This document shows, piece after piece, positions 1 through 13,447 of a stretch of 64,000 nt of DNA. Position numbers and translations under genes: made by a program. Numbering within the stretch: position 1 is the first letter of the stretch; the number at the start of each line of letters is the position of its first letter. The notes beneath the pieces were generated by a model. That model did no database searches, was not told where the DNA came from, and saw only the letters and a list, made by a program, of their open reading frames with translations. Source of the stretch: Hypanus sabinus (Eukaryota); NCBI RefSeq assembly GCF_030144855.1, contig NC_082720.1, forward strand, positions 65,596,001 through 65,660,000. The letters run 5' to 3'.

Positions 1-1344
1 TTTTGTTAATTTATAGTAAATCTATGTCTTTGAACCATCTTGCTGCAATGAAACAATCAACTTTACATCCTATAAGTCTGACATGAATTCTGAGTCCAAA
101 TTTTTGATTATTTCATTTAATCTACATGGTTTGACTCACAGTATTTCTCAAAATTCTGAATAGTTTTACCTTGAATATTTCATTGTTGATGGTTTATAAG
201 TTCTTGAAAATGCATTCAAAACATTGGGAAGCCTTAACTTGGGCACATCTGATATCTTGCACCTCCCCAGATTCCGCAATGTCACTTTGATCAGATTGGA
301 ACGATCTTGGAGATTACATGGGATGTCATTTCTTGCAACCTCTTGCACATTCTTTTAATCTCAGCCAAATAAGAGCAGATATTATTTAGTGTAAGCACAG
401 CAATGAGAAACAAGTCGAATGCTGATGTGTGTAGATTCAGGTTCAGATTTATTTATCACTGGTACATTGAAACATTCAATGAAATATATCATTTACATTA
501 ACAAGTAACACAACCTGAGGATGTGCTGGTGGCAGCCCGCAAGTGTCACCTACAATTCAGGCCTCTACTGCCTGCTCAAAGACAAGTGACTTGGACAGGT
601 AATGAAGGAAACACACAGATTTCATGCTGTCCATAGTCAGTGTGTCCTGGGATCAGATGACTGTATGAGCAGGAGGCATGAGAAGGTAGGAGCACAGCTT
701 AGTTGGCATGCCTTGAGTTTGGGGTTCCATCAATGTCTAGTCTGGATATCGATACCAAAGGTTGGAGCCTGAAGGTGAAATGAAAGTTCAGAATCTGAAG
801 CCCGACAGCTGGAGGCTGGAGTGTGATTGGGTGGGAGGGAGGGATGGGGTGTGTATTGCTGTTGTTGTTTTCTTCCATGTTATTCTCTGTGTTGTTCTGC
901 CAAGCAGTGTGGGCAGGGTACGTTGAACTGGAAAATGTGGTGAAATCAGTGGATTTTCTTCGTCATCCATCCCAGTCAACTGTTCATGTTGCTGGACATC
1001 AAATGTGGAACACAGAATGCAGAGTGGTGTTCTGGCCTCTAACCCCTCCATGTCATAGTCCCTAAAACTAATCTGATCCCTAACTTCCCCATATCACTAT
1101 TCCCAAACCATAACCTGACCTTTAACTCCCCTTTCTGTCCCCAAAACCAGCTTTCTGAACTTAAAAAGAGAACAACTAGTAACAGGAAATCATTTTAGCT
1201 GGTATTTTCAGTTACTTGTCTCAATCCAGTCCTGCTGGGCACAATGAGAATAACATTACATCAGGATTCCCTCAGACTCATTCCACTGTCCTTCTGTCCT
1301 CGGCCCCCCCCCCCACCCCGCCACAACTTTGATTTATTTTCTCA

Positions 1345-3675
1345 TGCGGTGAAATCATGTGTCAGAACGTGATTGGACAGAGTTCGGAGCACGTGCAGAA
1401 ATGATAGAATGATCGAGAAGCATGGCAATGTAAAACATGGTTTTGTTTTTGCTGTAAATAAAAGTACTAGTTCAATTCTTCCAGAATATGGTTTGTTATT
1501 AGTAACCCAGGGTACATATAAAGAACACAACATGGTCTCAGAAGTTGGACTGGAAGAATAATACATTTACTAGCACGGGAGAATCGAAGGTAATCAAAGA
1601 AAAAAAAGAGCACAAACTGTTTTGGTACTTGCTAACTGTTTTACAAATGGAAGGACTGCAACCTCCACTGTCACTTCATTTATCTAGGAATGTAGCTGAG
1701 AACTGGAGGAAATTCAAACAGCGTTTTGAAATATCACATATTTATCAGTGATCGGAGCACATAAAAGATGGGAGAAAACAAAAGCTGCGATTCTACTCCA
1801 CGTAATTGAGGTATATAACCATTTTATTTTTGAAAATGGAGATAATTTGAATTTAAAAGTGATAATGGACAAATTTGAAGCATTTTATATACCAAAGCGT
1901 AATGTAACGTATGAGTGATACAATTTTTTCATGTATACGCAGAGCGCTGATGGTATTATGATCAATTTGTTACAGACTTGAGACACCGCAGTAAAACATG
2001 CGAGTTTGGATAACTGACGGAATCTGTCATTAAAAACAGAATTGTTTGTGGCATTCTGGATGATGGTCTGAGAGAGAGACTGGAAGAGAACAAGATTTAG
2101 ATTTGGAATAAGCTTTCTTCCGCCGCAAAACTTCGGAAACTGTGACGCCGCAGGCTAACAAGCTTTTTATTGAGAAGTGCAACGTACACACTGTGCACAA
2201 ACATATTAGAAAAAATAATGAAGTGACAATGAAACTGACAGAAAGCAAGAATTCATCTGAGAGAAAAAATACTTGTGATTACTGTGGGCTGGAGCACCGA
2301 CCAAAACAGTGTCCAGAGGATTGGAAAATGTGCAACAACTGCGGTAGAGTAAATATTTTTCATGCTGTTGCAGAAGTAGAAAGAAAGTTTAAAAAGTAAA
2401 TGCAGTGCTTGAAAATGAACGAGGAGTTTCGTATAGATGTGCTTTGTGAAAACGAAGTAAGAATGACCGGACTATGCCATTGCAAGTGAACCAAAACAGT
2501 ATATTGTTTAAACTTGATAGTGGAGCACATGTAAATGTTCTTGCTGAATCTGCGTTGAATGCATTAAAGCCAAGACCAAAGTTATATCAGACAAATATAA
2601 AAGTGACCGTGTATTCAGGTGCAGACACTCCAGTTAAAGGAACATGTGTGGCAAAAGTATCACACAAAAATATGGTGCACACACTTTCATTTGTGGTGGT
2701 GCCAAAAAATGTACAGTCAATATTGGGTTTATCTGCCTGAGAGGGACTGAATTTGGTGAAAAGTGTATTAGGCCTGGATAGTGACACAGATTCAGAATGC
2801 AGTGACTTGATGAAAGGGCAAGACAGAACAGAATTTGATTCCAACACAGAAAAAGTAAAAGAAGTCATAAAGAAAGCTCCCAGACCCATCCCTTTGTTAT
2901 CAGCATCAGAGAACACATTGCCACCAAAACCAGGAGTTACAATATTGCCCTCTGGAAGTAATGCACATGTATCAATGGGCCATGCATTCCATCACAATCT
3001 CACCTCTTCAGGAGGATGGAGGCCAAACTTGCCAGTACAGTTCAATGCTGATCTGAACCCAAAAAGTGAAAAGAATCACAATCCAACTGAAGAAATAAAA
3101 GCACAAGTGAAGGAATTGAGAAGTTTTATTGAAATGATGAAGTCTCAGCATAAGAAAAGATATTGCACTGTCAACGAATGAATTATATGAAGAAAAGAAG
3201 TGGGAGGAATTAAGAAAGCTACAGTACTTGAAGAGGTACAACCCTCCAAACAGAGGAGGGAGCAGTGTTAAGAAATAGCAAAGACTTTAAGAAAGAGCCA
3301 GCTTCTGAGTTTCAGTTAACTGACACAGACCTGACTAAACATAGAAATAACAACGAAACACAAGATCTGTGTGAACCACAGAAAAGATCAACTCGTGTTC
3401 GTAAACCCCCAGAGAGACTGATAGAGACATGTTAAATTATGGATTTGCTCTTAACAATGTTGCTAATTGTTTTTCTTTTTATGGAAAGGAAGATGTGGTG
3501 ATATCACGTGTCAGAACATGATTGGACAGAGTTTGGAGAATGCGCAAAAATAATAGAATGATCGAGAAGCATGGCAGTGTAAAACATAGTTTTGTTGCTG
3601 TAATAAATAAAAGTTCAATTCTTCCAGAATATGGTTTGTTATTAGTAACCCACGGTACGTATAAAGAACACAAAA
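1345..3675 (+). mobile_element. Internally deleted Gypsy/Ty3 (Mag-like) LTR retrotransposon with both LTRs
   Basis: Related LTRs at 1345-1532 and 3494-3675. PBS TGGTCTCAGAAGTTGGAC (tRNA-Leu-like) at 1533 and PPT GGAAAGGAAGA before the 3' LTR. Flanks TCTCA/CCTCA form an imperfect 5-bp TSD. Gag motif NVAENWRKFKQRFE, Cys/His knuckle CDYCGLEH..C, protease FKLDSGA, and integrase tail RSTRVRKPPERLIE. No RT or RNase H. Confidence 0.93.
2816..3200 (+). pseudogene. SH3KBP1: Captured host coding fragment resembling the SH3KBP1 (CIN85) C-terminus, inside the Gypsy element
   Basis: Translates to ..KKAPRPIPLLSASENTLPPKPG..TEEIKAQVKELRSFIEMMKSQHKK, then after a 1-nt shift DIALSTNELYEEKK. This matches the recalled vertebrate CIN85 C-terminus ([45 protein letters not shown]). 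Confidence 0.72.
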
Positions 3676-4399
3676 CCTCAACACTGAACAGTGCATGTAT
3701 TTATTTACTGAGATACAGTGCAGTGTAGGAGTTTCCATTCCTTCGAGCCATGCTGCCCAGTAACATTACCCCCAACAACACCACCAATTTAACCCCAGCC
3801 TAGTCTCAAGACCATCCTGAACTACAAGAACTTTTGGCACTGAGGGTCTACCCCATCAGTGAGCTGCTTGCTGGTGGAGGTGCAGATTGTGTTGCTGCCT
3901 GCTACAGGGAGACATTGAAAGTATTGGAGTTCATTTGAAAAGGCAGTGTGCAGTGTAACAGTGGGTGATTGTCTTTGATGTTTCTCTTGTTAACATTGAG
4001 ATTCCGCAGGCCTATTTCCCTATTTATTGGTGAAACAGCTGGGGGGAAATTACATGGCTTCAGTTGCAGCGAAGTCCAGGCCCGAAGCTGTGGGGTTGTC
4101 CGCTGTTGTAGTACAGGAGAGGAGACAGTGGAGGAGATGTATCACAGCATCCATGTTGGGTTGGGGGCTGGTCTCTCCCCTCACTACTGCCCTCTAGTGC
4201 TCAGTTGGTGGAATGGAAAGCTGGATTGCTTGTGTGTGTAGTTTGTCTGCAGACTGCCAGGAAGTGCACCATCAGTTTGTGTTTTGTGCTGTGTATGTTT
4301 TGCACCTAGGCCCTGACGAACGCTGTTTCATTTGACTGTATTCATGTAATGTTGAATGATGTCTAACTTAAACTTGAATTGCTGTTACTTTCCTATCAA

Positions 4400-4745
4400 C
4401 TTGAACCATTCTCCTCTAAATTCTCTCATTAATAAGGCATTTTCACCCACAAAACAGTGACTCACCGGATGTTTTTCTTATTTTTTTCAGCATTCTCTGT
4501 CAACTCTAGAGACGGGTTTTGTGTGAAAATCACAGGAGATCTGCAGTTTTTGAAATACTCAAATGACCCCATCTGGTTCCAACATGATTCCATGGTGAAA
4601 GTCACTTAGATCACATTTCTTCCTCATTCTGATGTTTGCTCTGAACAATAACTGAACCTCTTGACCATGTCTGCATGCCTTTATTCATTGAGTTGCTACC
4701 ACAATTGACTGATCAGATTTTTGCATGAATGAGCAGATATACAGG
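4400..4745. mobile_element. Tc1/mariner-like non-autonomous DNA transposon remnant
   Basis: Shares blocks (GCATTTTCACCCAC, AAGTCACTTAG, TGCATGC..TTGAG.TGC..CCACA, TACAGGT) with the copy at about 26440-26950. Family assignment is from recalled sequence. Confidence 0.5.
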
Positions 4746-6481
4746 TAAGTTCAAAGTTCAACATTCAGGGTAAATTTATTATCAAAGTACATATATGAAA
4801 CCATATGCAACCCTGAGATTAGTTTTCTTGTGGACATACTCATTAAATCTAAGAAACTCAATAGAATCAATGATCCAGGAAGGTGTTGTTCTGTTCAGCA
4901 TTAAGAATCTGAGCTGAGCTCAGTGTAGAACTCTGGGAATCTGAGCCACAAGAGTGACTGGCACTCCCCTGTTTACATCCAGGACCAGAGATCAAGGATC
5001 TATCTGAGGATCAGGCATAGAGCTAAACTGTGGTACTCGCAGGGTCAGTGATATGTTGACATTTAAATGTGATGAAGGTCACCGTCAGATGAACTGAGTC
5101 AAAATATACTTGAGCCCTGAACTACTAGGACTATACACAACTCCACAGGCACTGGACCCAAGTAGCTGAGGTGAGACTCTATTGTATCAAAGTGAGTACA
5201 CCACAACAAAACGTCAGTTAAGTTACATAGTCTGCAAATTAATTTTTTCTGGTCATTTTCCAAGAGTCAAGGTGGGCTCCTTGAGAGCTGTTCCTCAATA
5301 AGACTCAATGATTGGACCTTGCTCTGGTAAATTTTAGTTCATCACAAATTCTGGGACTGTAAAGTCATTTGATGTAGATTTTTGTGCTCAAGCTTCCAGT
5401 ATATTTATCAGGTTTACTTACCGAAGTGTGCTGGCACATTTAGGACAAAGTGACTTTTCCAGCAATGTGTTTGCTGTACTTCCAGCAGACCATCCTTTAG
5501 TGGGATTCCATCGCTTCCCCACGGTCACCACTGTGCTTGAAAACAAAGAGCTTTCTTTTCTGTTCACATGCAGTCAGTATTTTCCCAGTGTCACATTGTG
5601 GGTATTCAGAGTTCCTGAGATTGTTCACATTTTATGTCTAATTGTTTGTCTTTGGACTTGCTCTGGGTTTTCATTTTGTGTTGCAGGTGTCTTTGGGGTC
5701 ATGGGATTGTTAGTCTCTCTTTGTATTTATCACTTTTATTCAATTTGGGATAATTTAATTGGCACGGGATTTTCAATGTCTTGTATTGTTGTTGTTGGCT
5801 TTGGGGATTATTGCTTTGTCTGGACACAAGTCATCTGATTGCTCTGGAATTATTATGTGCTGCAGGGTATATTTCAGAGGGTATGCCAAACTCTCTCTGT
5901 TGGGCCGTTGTGATTCCTTGTCAGGTGATTCTCAGACCAAGTTTTTCAGCGTATCATGAGTGATTTCTGTTTTTCAAGATTCTGTAAAGTTTGCATGAGC
6001 TCATAGATTTTTTTATCCTGGTTAATTTCTGTAATAAATTTTTAGTTTTGTTTGAATTGCTGAAGTCTCTGTGATTCCTACACTTGAGTTTGTCAGTGAC
6101 CCTCATACACACTGTGGCATCGACAGACACAAACACTCTCCAAACTGTATCCCCCTAAGTCACTGGGGTTCCCAGCCTGGGGTCCACAGACCTCTTGCTT
6201 AATAGTATTGGTCCATGGTAATAACATTTTGAGAAATTCTGTCCAAAAATGAACACTGATGCTCCAGTGGGTTGAAAGGTAAGGTCATTATTTCTGCTCT
6301 GTCTCACTGACCTGGGTGAAGTCACATCACAAATTGTTGCTGCTACTGTGTAGTTCTATGTTTTTTATGCAAATTGCCATATGCCTGACTCAATAAGTGA
6401 GTGAGGTCCAAATGCTGATAATGGGCCCATCCTAAGCTCAGTTTGAACCCGATCATTGGAGTGTACATGTCCCAACTCACC

Positions 6482-6690
6482 CTGAATCTCACTGGTCTGT
6501 CTCTCATAGCAGAACAGGAAGAACACTGATCAGATCTACTTGAATAACACGGTCTATCTGATGGTCCAACATGTTACAGTGGAGGATGGGAAGTTGTATC
6601 GGTGTCAAGTGCGGGAAAACAGAAACGTTGTTGGAACAAGCAAAGCAACTTTTACTGTGGCTGAGAGAAAATGTCAAGAAATATTAAAGT
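6482..6690 (+). pseudogene. Decayed paralogous Ig C2 (D2) exon: acceptor plus 3' half only
   Basis: 6510-6660 encodes QNRKNTDQIYLNNTVYLMVQHVTVEDGKLYRCQVRENRNVVGTSKATFTV versus D2 QNRRNTDQIQLNNTIYLMVRHVTLEDGKLYQCEVRESGNIVLTNKANFTV. The upstream acceptor region matches 41950-41977. About 113 nt of the exon 5' half and the GT donor are lost. Confidence 0.88.
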
Positions 6691-7084
6691 AATTAAGTGT
6701 GGTTAGATATTAATGAGGCTCTTGTGTCATTTGGTGGCTCAAGTGATAGTGCGATGGGCGAACAGGGAAGACTAGTACAATGTTGTAATGGTGCACCAAT
6801 ACTGGAGATGCAAATTACTCTGAATCAGAACCATGGCTGGGATATCGTCTGATCCATTTTCCCTTTGTTGGGTACAATATTCTCAGTGAACTCTTCCTAT
6901 CAAGTGTTTGAATGATAACTTGTAAGTTAAACTAACCGAACTATTTATCTAATGAAGGACCTTGGACACAGATATTTCTGCATCATGTGTGTATCACATG
7001 GAGACAAGCAGGAAGCTGTTCCACAGTGGACTGTAGACTGTGGCCAAGTGTCCTCATGTATAAATTTTGGCAATGCTCAAAAGG

Positions 7085-7640
7085 AAAAACACACACAAAA
7101 TGCTGGAAAAACGCAGCGGGTCAGACTGCTTCTATGGAGGGAAATAAACAGTTGACATTTTGGGCAGGATTGGAAAAGAAAGGAAAGAAGCCAGTATAAG
7201 GTGGTGTGGAGAGTTGTTAGAAGTACAGTCTGACAGGTGATAGGTGAGATCTGGTGGGGGAGGAAGATGGATGGGTGAGGGATGGGAGATGAAATAAGAA
7301 GATGCAAGTTGATCGTTGGAAGAAGACAAAGGATGAAGAAGAAGTAATGTGACAAGAAAGAATAGTGGACCATGGAAGAAAGGGAAAGAGATGGGGTACT
7401 AGAGAGAGGTGATGGGTTATGAGGGGTGAATGAGATGGTAAGCAGAATGGGGAATAGGAAAAGAAAAAAAGTGGGGGTGGGGGAGAAATTACAAAAGTTA
7501 GAGAAATGGACGCTCATGCCATGAAGTTGGAGTCTAATCAGATGGAAAAACTGCTGGGGAAAGAATAACCTAAACAAAAGGGACAGTATGCACATGAATC
7601 CAAGAAGGACCAATATTCTTGTGAGCAGGTTTGTTAGAGC
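7085..7640 (-). mobile_element. Penelope-like element 3' remnant
   Basis: AAACACACACAAAATGCTGG..GCAG..GGTCAG terminal motif plus purine-rich tract. Reverse-complement-like to the 43150-43480 region. Confidence 0.5.
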
Positions 7641-7699
7641 CATTGGATAGAGTTTAAGCTAATTTAGCAGGGAGATGGGAAAAAAGCAAAGATAGTGCG

Positions 7700-9540
7700 G
7701 GGGTCAAGGGCAAGCAGATGACGGAACAAAATTGCAGTCAACAGGATCAGTATCAGTACATTAGAGATGCAGAACCAAAAAGGTTAGCAAATATAGTATT
7801 CAGGGTGTTGTATGACAATGCACAGAGTATAAGAAATAAGGTGGATGATCTTGTTGCACTTTTACAGATTGTTGGTTATGCTGTTGTGGCCATCATTGAA
7901 TTGTGGGTGAAGGATGGTTGTAGTTGGGGGCCAAATGTTCAAGGTTACACATTATATTGGAGAGATAGGAAGGTAGGCAAAGGGGGTGGCAAGGCTCTGC
8001 TGCTAAGCAATGGCATCAAGTCATGAGAAAGAGGTGACTAAGGATTGGAAGATGTTGTAACATTGTGGGTTGAGTTAAGAAACCGCAAGGGTAGAAAGAT
8101 CCTGGTGGCAGATATCTACAAACCTCCAAACAGTAGCTGGGATGTGAACTACAAATTACAACAGGCAATAGAAAAAAGCATGTCAAAAGGGCAATGTTAT
8201 GATAGTCATGAGAGATTTAACATGCAGGGAATTGGGAAAATCATGTTGGTATTGGATCTCAAGGGAGTGTATTTGTGGAATGCCTATGCAATGGCTTTAT
8301 GCGATTGTTATTGAGCCTACTAGGGGATCAGCTATACTAGGTTGGGTCTTATGTAATAAACATTTTACATTCAATGATTAGGGAGCTATCTCCTAAGAGT
8401 CCTTCTACATTCTAATCACTGAATGTAAAAGAACCCGTGGGAGACAGTGATCATAATATGATTGAACTCAACATGAAATTTGAAAGGAAGAAAGTAAAGT
8501 CTAGCACAGCAGTATTTCAGTGGAGTAAAGGAAATTACAATGGTATTATTGTAGGAGATGCTGGTACAGATGACAGCAGAGCAGCAATGGCTTGAGTTTC
8601 TGGGAATAAATGAGAAATGTTCAGGATAGATGTTTTCCAAAAACAAAGAACTACTCAAATGGCAAAACAGTACAACTGCGGCTGACAAGGAAAATTAAAG
8701 TTAATATAAAAGCAAAAGAGAGAGCATACAACAAAACAAAAATTAACTGGAAGATAGAGGATTGAGAAGCTTTTAAAAACCTACAGAAAGCAACCAAAAG
8801 AATTATTAGGAGGGAAAAGATGAAGTAAGAAAGTATGCTAGCTAACAATATCAAGTTCGCTTAATTGATAAAGAAAAAAGTTTTTACAAGTACATAAAGG
8901 TTAATTTTCAAGTTTACTCATTGTTGAGGAAAGCAAATGCAATGTTAGCATTTGTTTCAAGAAGACTAGAATATAATAGAAAGGATATAAGGCTTCACTT
9001 GGACGTGAGCAGTTTTGGGTCCTTTATTGAAGAAAGAATGTGCTGACATTGGGAAGTGTTCTATTGGATTTCACAAGAGTGATGCTGCAAATGAAAGGCT
9101 TATTGTATGAGGAGTGAGTGATACCCCTGGGCCTTTGCTCACTGTAATTTAGGACAGTGAGGGGAGAGGATCTCATTGAAACTTATTGAATGTAGAAAGG
9201 ATTAGATAGAGTGGATGTGTAGAGGATGTTTCCTCTGGTGGGGGGGTTTAAGACCAGAAAGCACAGCCTCAGAATTGAGTGGCATCCATTTAGAACAGAG
9301 ATAAGGAGGAATTTCTTTAGCCAGAGGGTGGAATTCCTTGCCACTGGTGGCAATGGAAGCAAGATAATTGGGTGTACTTAAGGCAGAGGTAGATAGGTTC
9401 TTGATTAGTCCAAGTATGAAAGATTACAGGCAAAATGTAAGAGACTAGTATTGAGAGGGAAATGGATCCATCGTGATGAAGTGACACAACAGCTTCAATG
9501 GGCCAAAAGGCCAGATTCTGCTTCGAATGTCATAGGACCT
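7700..9540 (+). mobile_element. CR1-type LINE fragments (APE endonuclease region and RT C-terminus/3' end)
   Basis: VLYDNAQSIRNKVDDLVALLQ..VVAIIELW and LWVELRNRKGRKILV..YKPPNS endonuclease motifs, with many stops and frameshifts. Confidence 0.85.
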
Positions 9541-11569
9541 CTGGTCTTAGGGAACTTCATCCTTGGTAATGGACATCAACTTCTTACCAGCCACATGAAG
9601 TCAGGTCAACTGGCCTGCAAGATACTCTTTTTGTCTCCCTCACTATTTAAAGAATGCAGTGACATTTGCAATTTCCCAATCCTCCAGAACCATTCCAGAA
9701 TCTAGTGATTTTTGAACGATCACTACTACTGCCTTATTTGCTTTCTGTTGGTTTTAAAAACTTCCCAATCCTCCATATTCCCACTATTTTTGCTATATCA
9801 AATGCCCATTCGTTTGCTTTTAAGATAGATACCACAGTTTATTTTGTAATCTGATTGTAACTACATTGAGAAGTGTGTCATATTCTAATTCATGTGTATT
9901 CTCAAGTTAACTTTGTGGGTAGAGAGAGATCTAGCAGTCGGGAGTTCGAACTGGCTTTTGTTTTGTTTTCTGGTAGCTATCTTTTTTTTGTAAATATTGT
10001 CAGTTTTCTTTACACAATTTTCACTAATTGTTTTTCAGTTTGATACTTTGATGCACCGACTAAACATCCTTGCAAGAAAATTCGAAGCAACTCCAACCCA
10101 TAACCAACGTATCATAATACACACCTACAGCAATGTGGTTGCCTTTTATGAGCCCCTTGAAGTGCCTTGATCCTCCACTCTGTTTGGAATTAGTTGGGGA
10201 TAGGCACTAAATGCTGGCTTTGTAGCAGCCTCCACAGCCCTGGATTGAAAACTAAATATTTCCAATCAGGTTTGTCAGACTGCAATTGAATATATGTTAC
10301 AAGTGAAGATTTTTCAGTGGGGCTGTACTAGGAGTAGATGTCAGGGAAGCAAAGAAAAATGCATCAGGAAATCAGATCATTATGACAAGTATGACAGGAA
10401 GTTCTAATCTTAAGTGAAGTTGGCAGGACTGGGGCTAATAGCGCATAATTTCACAAACTGCTCTTAACTCAACAGCTTTCCACAAATCCCAAAGCATGTC
10501 CCAAACTATCACAATCAGAAGAGTTTTACATTCCCTTGAAGATGTGAATGGACTTCTCAAGTGGCCAGGCAGCATGTATGAACATCTAGGGTTGATATCT
10601 GTCATGGCATCTGTTAATCCAATATTGAGCGTGAGTTTACAGTTGACCAAGAACGTCACAGTTTTCGAGAACAAATGGTGATCTTCTTTGATCCAATGCC
10701 AATTAGATTTAATGTGCGTTTGTAAAGTAATTTTCATTTATTTAAGGTCTGGTTACTCCCAAATAAATCAAATCTTATTTAAAAATGTTAATTCACTCAG
10801 GGAAGCCAAATTTCTTTTTAAGATGTGTTAATGGAACTACATAATTCTTACTTAAAAATAAATGAAAAAATATCTTGAATGTATGAATAATGCTATTAAA
10901 ATTGGAAGCCTAAAGCTGTTTAAGGGTGTTCAGGGTGTTGATCGGCTAAAGTTTGAAATCTATTCTGAGCACTTCTTGAACTACAGCTGTGAAACATTGT
11001 TGTCTATCCATAAAGCCCTAAGACATAGGAGCAGAATTAGACCATTTGATCCATCGTGTCTGCTCTGCTATTCCATCACAGCTGATTTATTATCTCTCTC
11101 AACTCTATTCTTCTGTCTTCTCCCAGTATCCTTTGACACCCTTACTCATCAAAAACATATCCAAGTTCACTTTAAATATACCTATTGACCTGGCTGACAC
11201 AATGGAGTGATATTCTGCACCCTGCTGATCTGCTTGTAGTCAATTTCCACTGTTGCCAAAGACACTGTAACGCATAGATATCTCCACTGTCTAGTCCATG
11301 TCCATCTGACCACTGAGTTTATCTTTGTCATCACAAAATGTTAATTTTCCATTTGATCAGACCTTTCCAGTGAATAAAATGAGGAAATAGGCAATGAAGC
11401 TTGTTCCTCATTTTATATTGTCTCAGTTGCAATTGCCCAACAGATGTAGATCAAACTGCTAAATATTCACAGTTACATATTGTTTCCTCCAAGTCATTGT
11501 TCTGTATTTTCTATCATTTTGGCTAAAGAGCAAAGATCCAGCGATTAGGACAACAGAGGTGGTCGTGGG

Positions 11570-13447
11570 AGGCAGAGAAGCAGCTACGGAATTGCTACAT
11601 GTCAGTGGACAGGCCCGTGTTCAAGGACTCATCTATGGATCTGTCATGATTGTCACGGACTTTATTAAAACAGTTATAGATGAGTGTGTCCCCCAGAAAA
11701 TCATTCAGAGTCTTCCCCAGAAATTTCCTATAGTCTAAGTACAATCTCTGTGAAGCCAGCTCAAGGGCAAAGTGGCAATTCCAGACCAAACTTATATCAA
11801 CGGTGGATGCTTAACAGTTGTGACAGGGTCTGAATATTATCATCTCTTGTAAAGTTAAATCAAGCGACATAGGTGACAACTAGCAGGCTGAAATATTCAC
11901 TGAGATCTTCACCCTCTCACTTTGGAAGTTTTAGATGTCCACCTGCTTCAAAGCAGGCTTCAGTTACATGGGTGCCCAAGAAAAACGTGGTAAGCTACCT
12001 CAATGACTATCATCTAATAGCACTTACATTCATAGTGATGAAGTGTTTTGAGAGGTTGATGATGAAACATATCAACTCCTACCTGAGAAGCAACTTAGGT
12101 CTGTTCCAATTTGCCACCTGAAGCAACACAGCAGATGCCATCTCATTGGCTTTTCACTCAATCCTGGAACATCTGGACAGTAATGATGTGTACATTGCAG
12201 TGCTCTTTATAGAATACAGCATTCAAAATTCAAAATCATCATCCCTGAAAATCTAATCAATGAGTTCCTGGTCCTTGGCCTCAACAGTTTCTTGTGCAAT
12301 TGGTTCCTTAATTTCCTCACATAAGACACTGGTTAGTTCAGACTGGCAACAAACTCTCCTCTATGATCTCCATCAACAGAGGTGCACCACAAGGCTGTGT
12401 GATTAACCCCCTACTCAACTCACCGTACACTTAGGACTGTGAGAATGAGCACAGCTTCAAGGCCATATTCAAGTCATCAATCTGTTATTGTGTCACCACT
12501 GTTGTAGACCAAATCAAAAGTGATGAAGAATCAGCATATAGCAGGGAGATTGAAAATTTGTCTGAGTGTTCCCATAGCAACAACCTCTAGTCAATGTCAG
12601 CAAGACCAAGGAGCTGATTATTAGCTTCAGGAGGAGAAAACCAGAAGCCCATTAGCTAATCCTTATCAGAGGTAAAGAGGGTCAGCAACTTTAAATTTCT
12701 CAGTGCTTGTATTTCAGAGGACCTAACTTAGGCCCAGCATGTAAGTGCAATTAAGAAGAAAGCATGACAGTGCCTCTATTTTCTGTGGATTTTGCAAAGA
12801 TTCAGCGTGACACTAAAACCTTGACACACTTCTATAAATGTGTGGTGGAGAGTATATTGACTGGCTGTTTTACAGCCTGGAATGAAAATCCTCCAAAAAG
12901 TAATGGATCTAGCCCAATACATCATGGATAAAGTCCTCCCCTCCATTAAGCATATCTACATGAAGTGTTGCTGCAGGAAAGTGGCATCCATCATCAGGGA
13001 CTCCCACAACTCAGGTCTTGCTGTCCTCTCACTGTTGCCAAGAAGAAGATGGTGCAGCAGCCTTGGGATTCACACCACCAGGTTCCGGATCATTTACCCC
13101 TCTAACATCAGCCTCTTTAACAAAAGAAGATGACAATTCAACTTAATGTTCCCCATCATTGAAATATTCCCACAACCAATGGATTCCCTTTCAAGTAGTC
13201 TTCATCTCATGTTCTCGATAATTATTGTTTATTTCTATTATTTATTTATTTATTTTTGAATTTTGCACAGTTTATTGTCTTTTGCACACTGGTTGAATGC
13301 TCAAGTTAGTGAGGTCTTTCATTGATTCTATTATGCTATTACATATTCAGTGATGGATTTATTGAGTGTGGCTGCAAGAAGATGAATCTCTGGGATGTAT
13401 ATGCTGACATATATGTACTTTGATAATAAATTTACTTTGAACTTCGA
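11570..13447 (+). mobile_element. Rex1/Babar-like LINE, 5'-truncated and decayed
   Basis: PKKNVVSYLNDYHLIALTFIVMKCFERL RT motif, and a 3' end TTTGATAATAAATTTACTTTGAACTT shared with other copies. Confidence 0.85.

Noticed and set aside
166-348. 60-aa minus-strand ORF ending near a GT donor
   Set aside because: No recognisable domain, weak acceptor and no partner exons.
7077-7643. 188-aa hydrophobic ORF, and similar long ORFs at 33875-34336 and 47800-48366
   Set aside because: These are shadow frames of pyrimidine-rich Penelope-like or CR1 repeat sequence, not genes.
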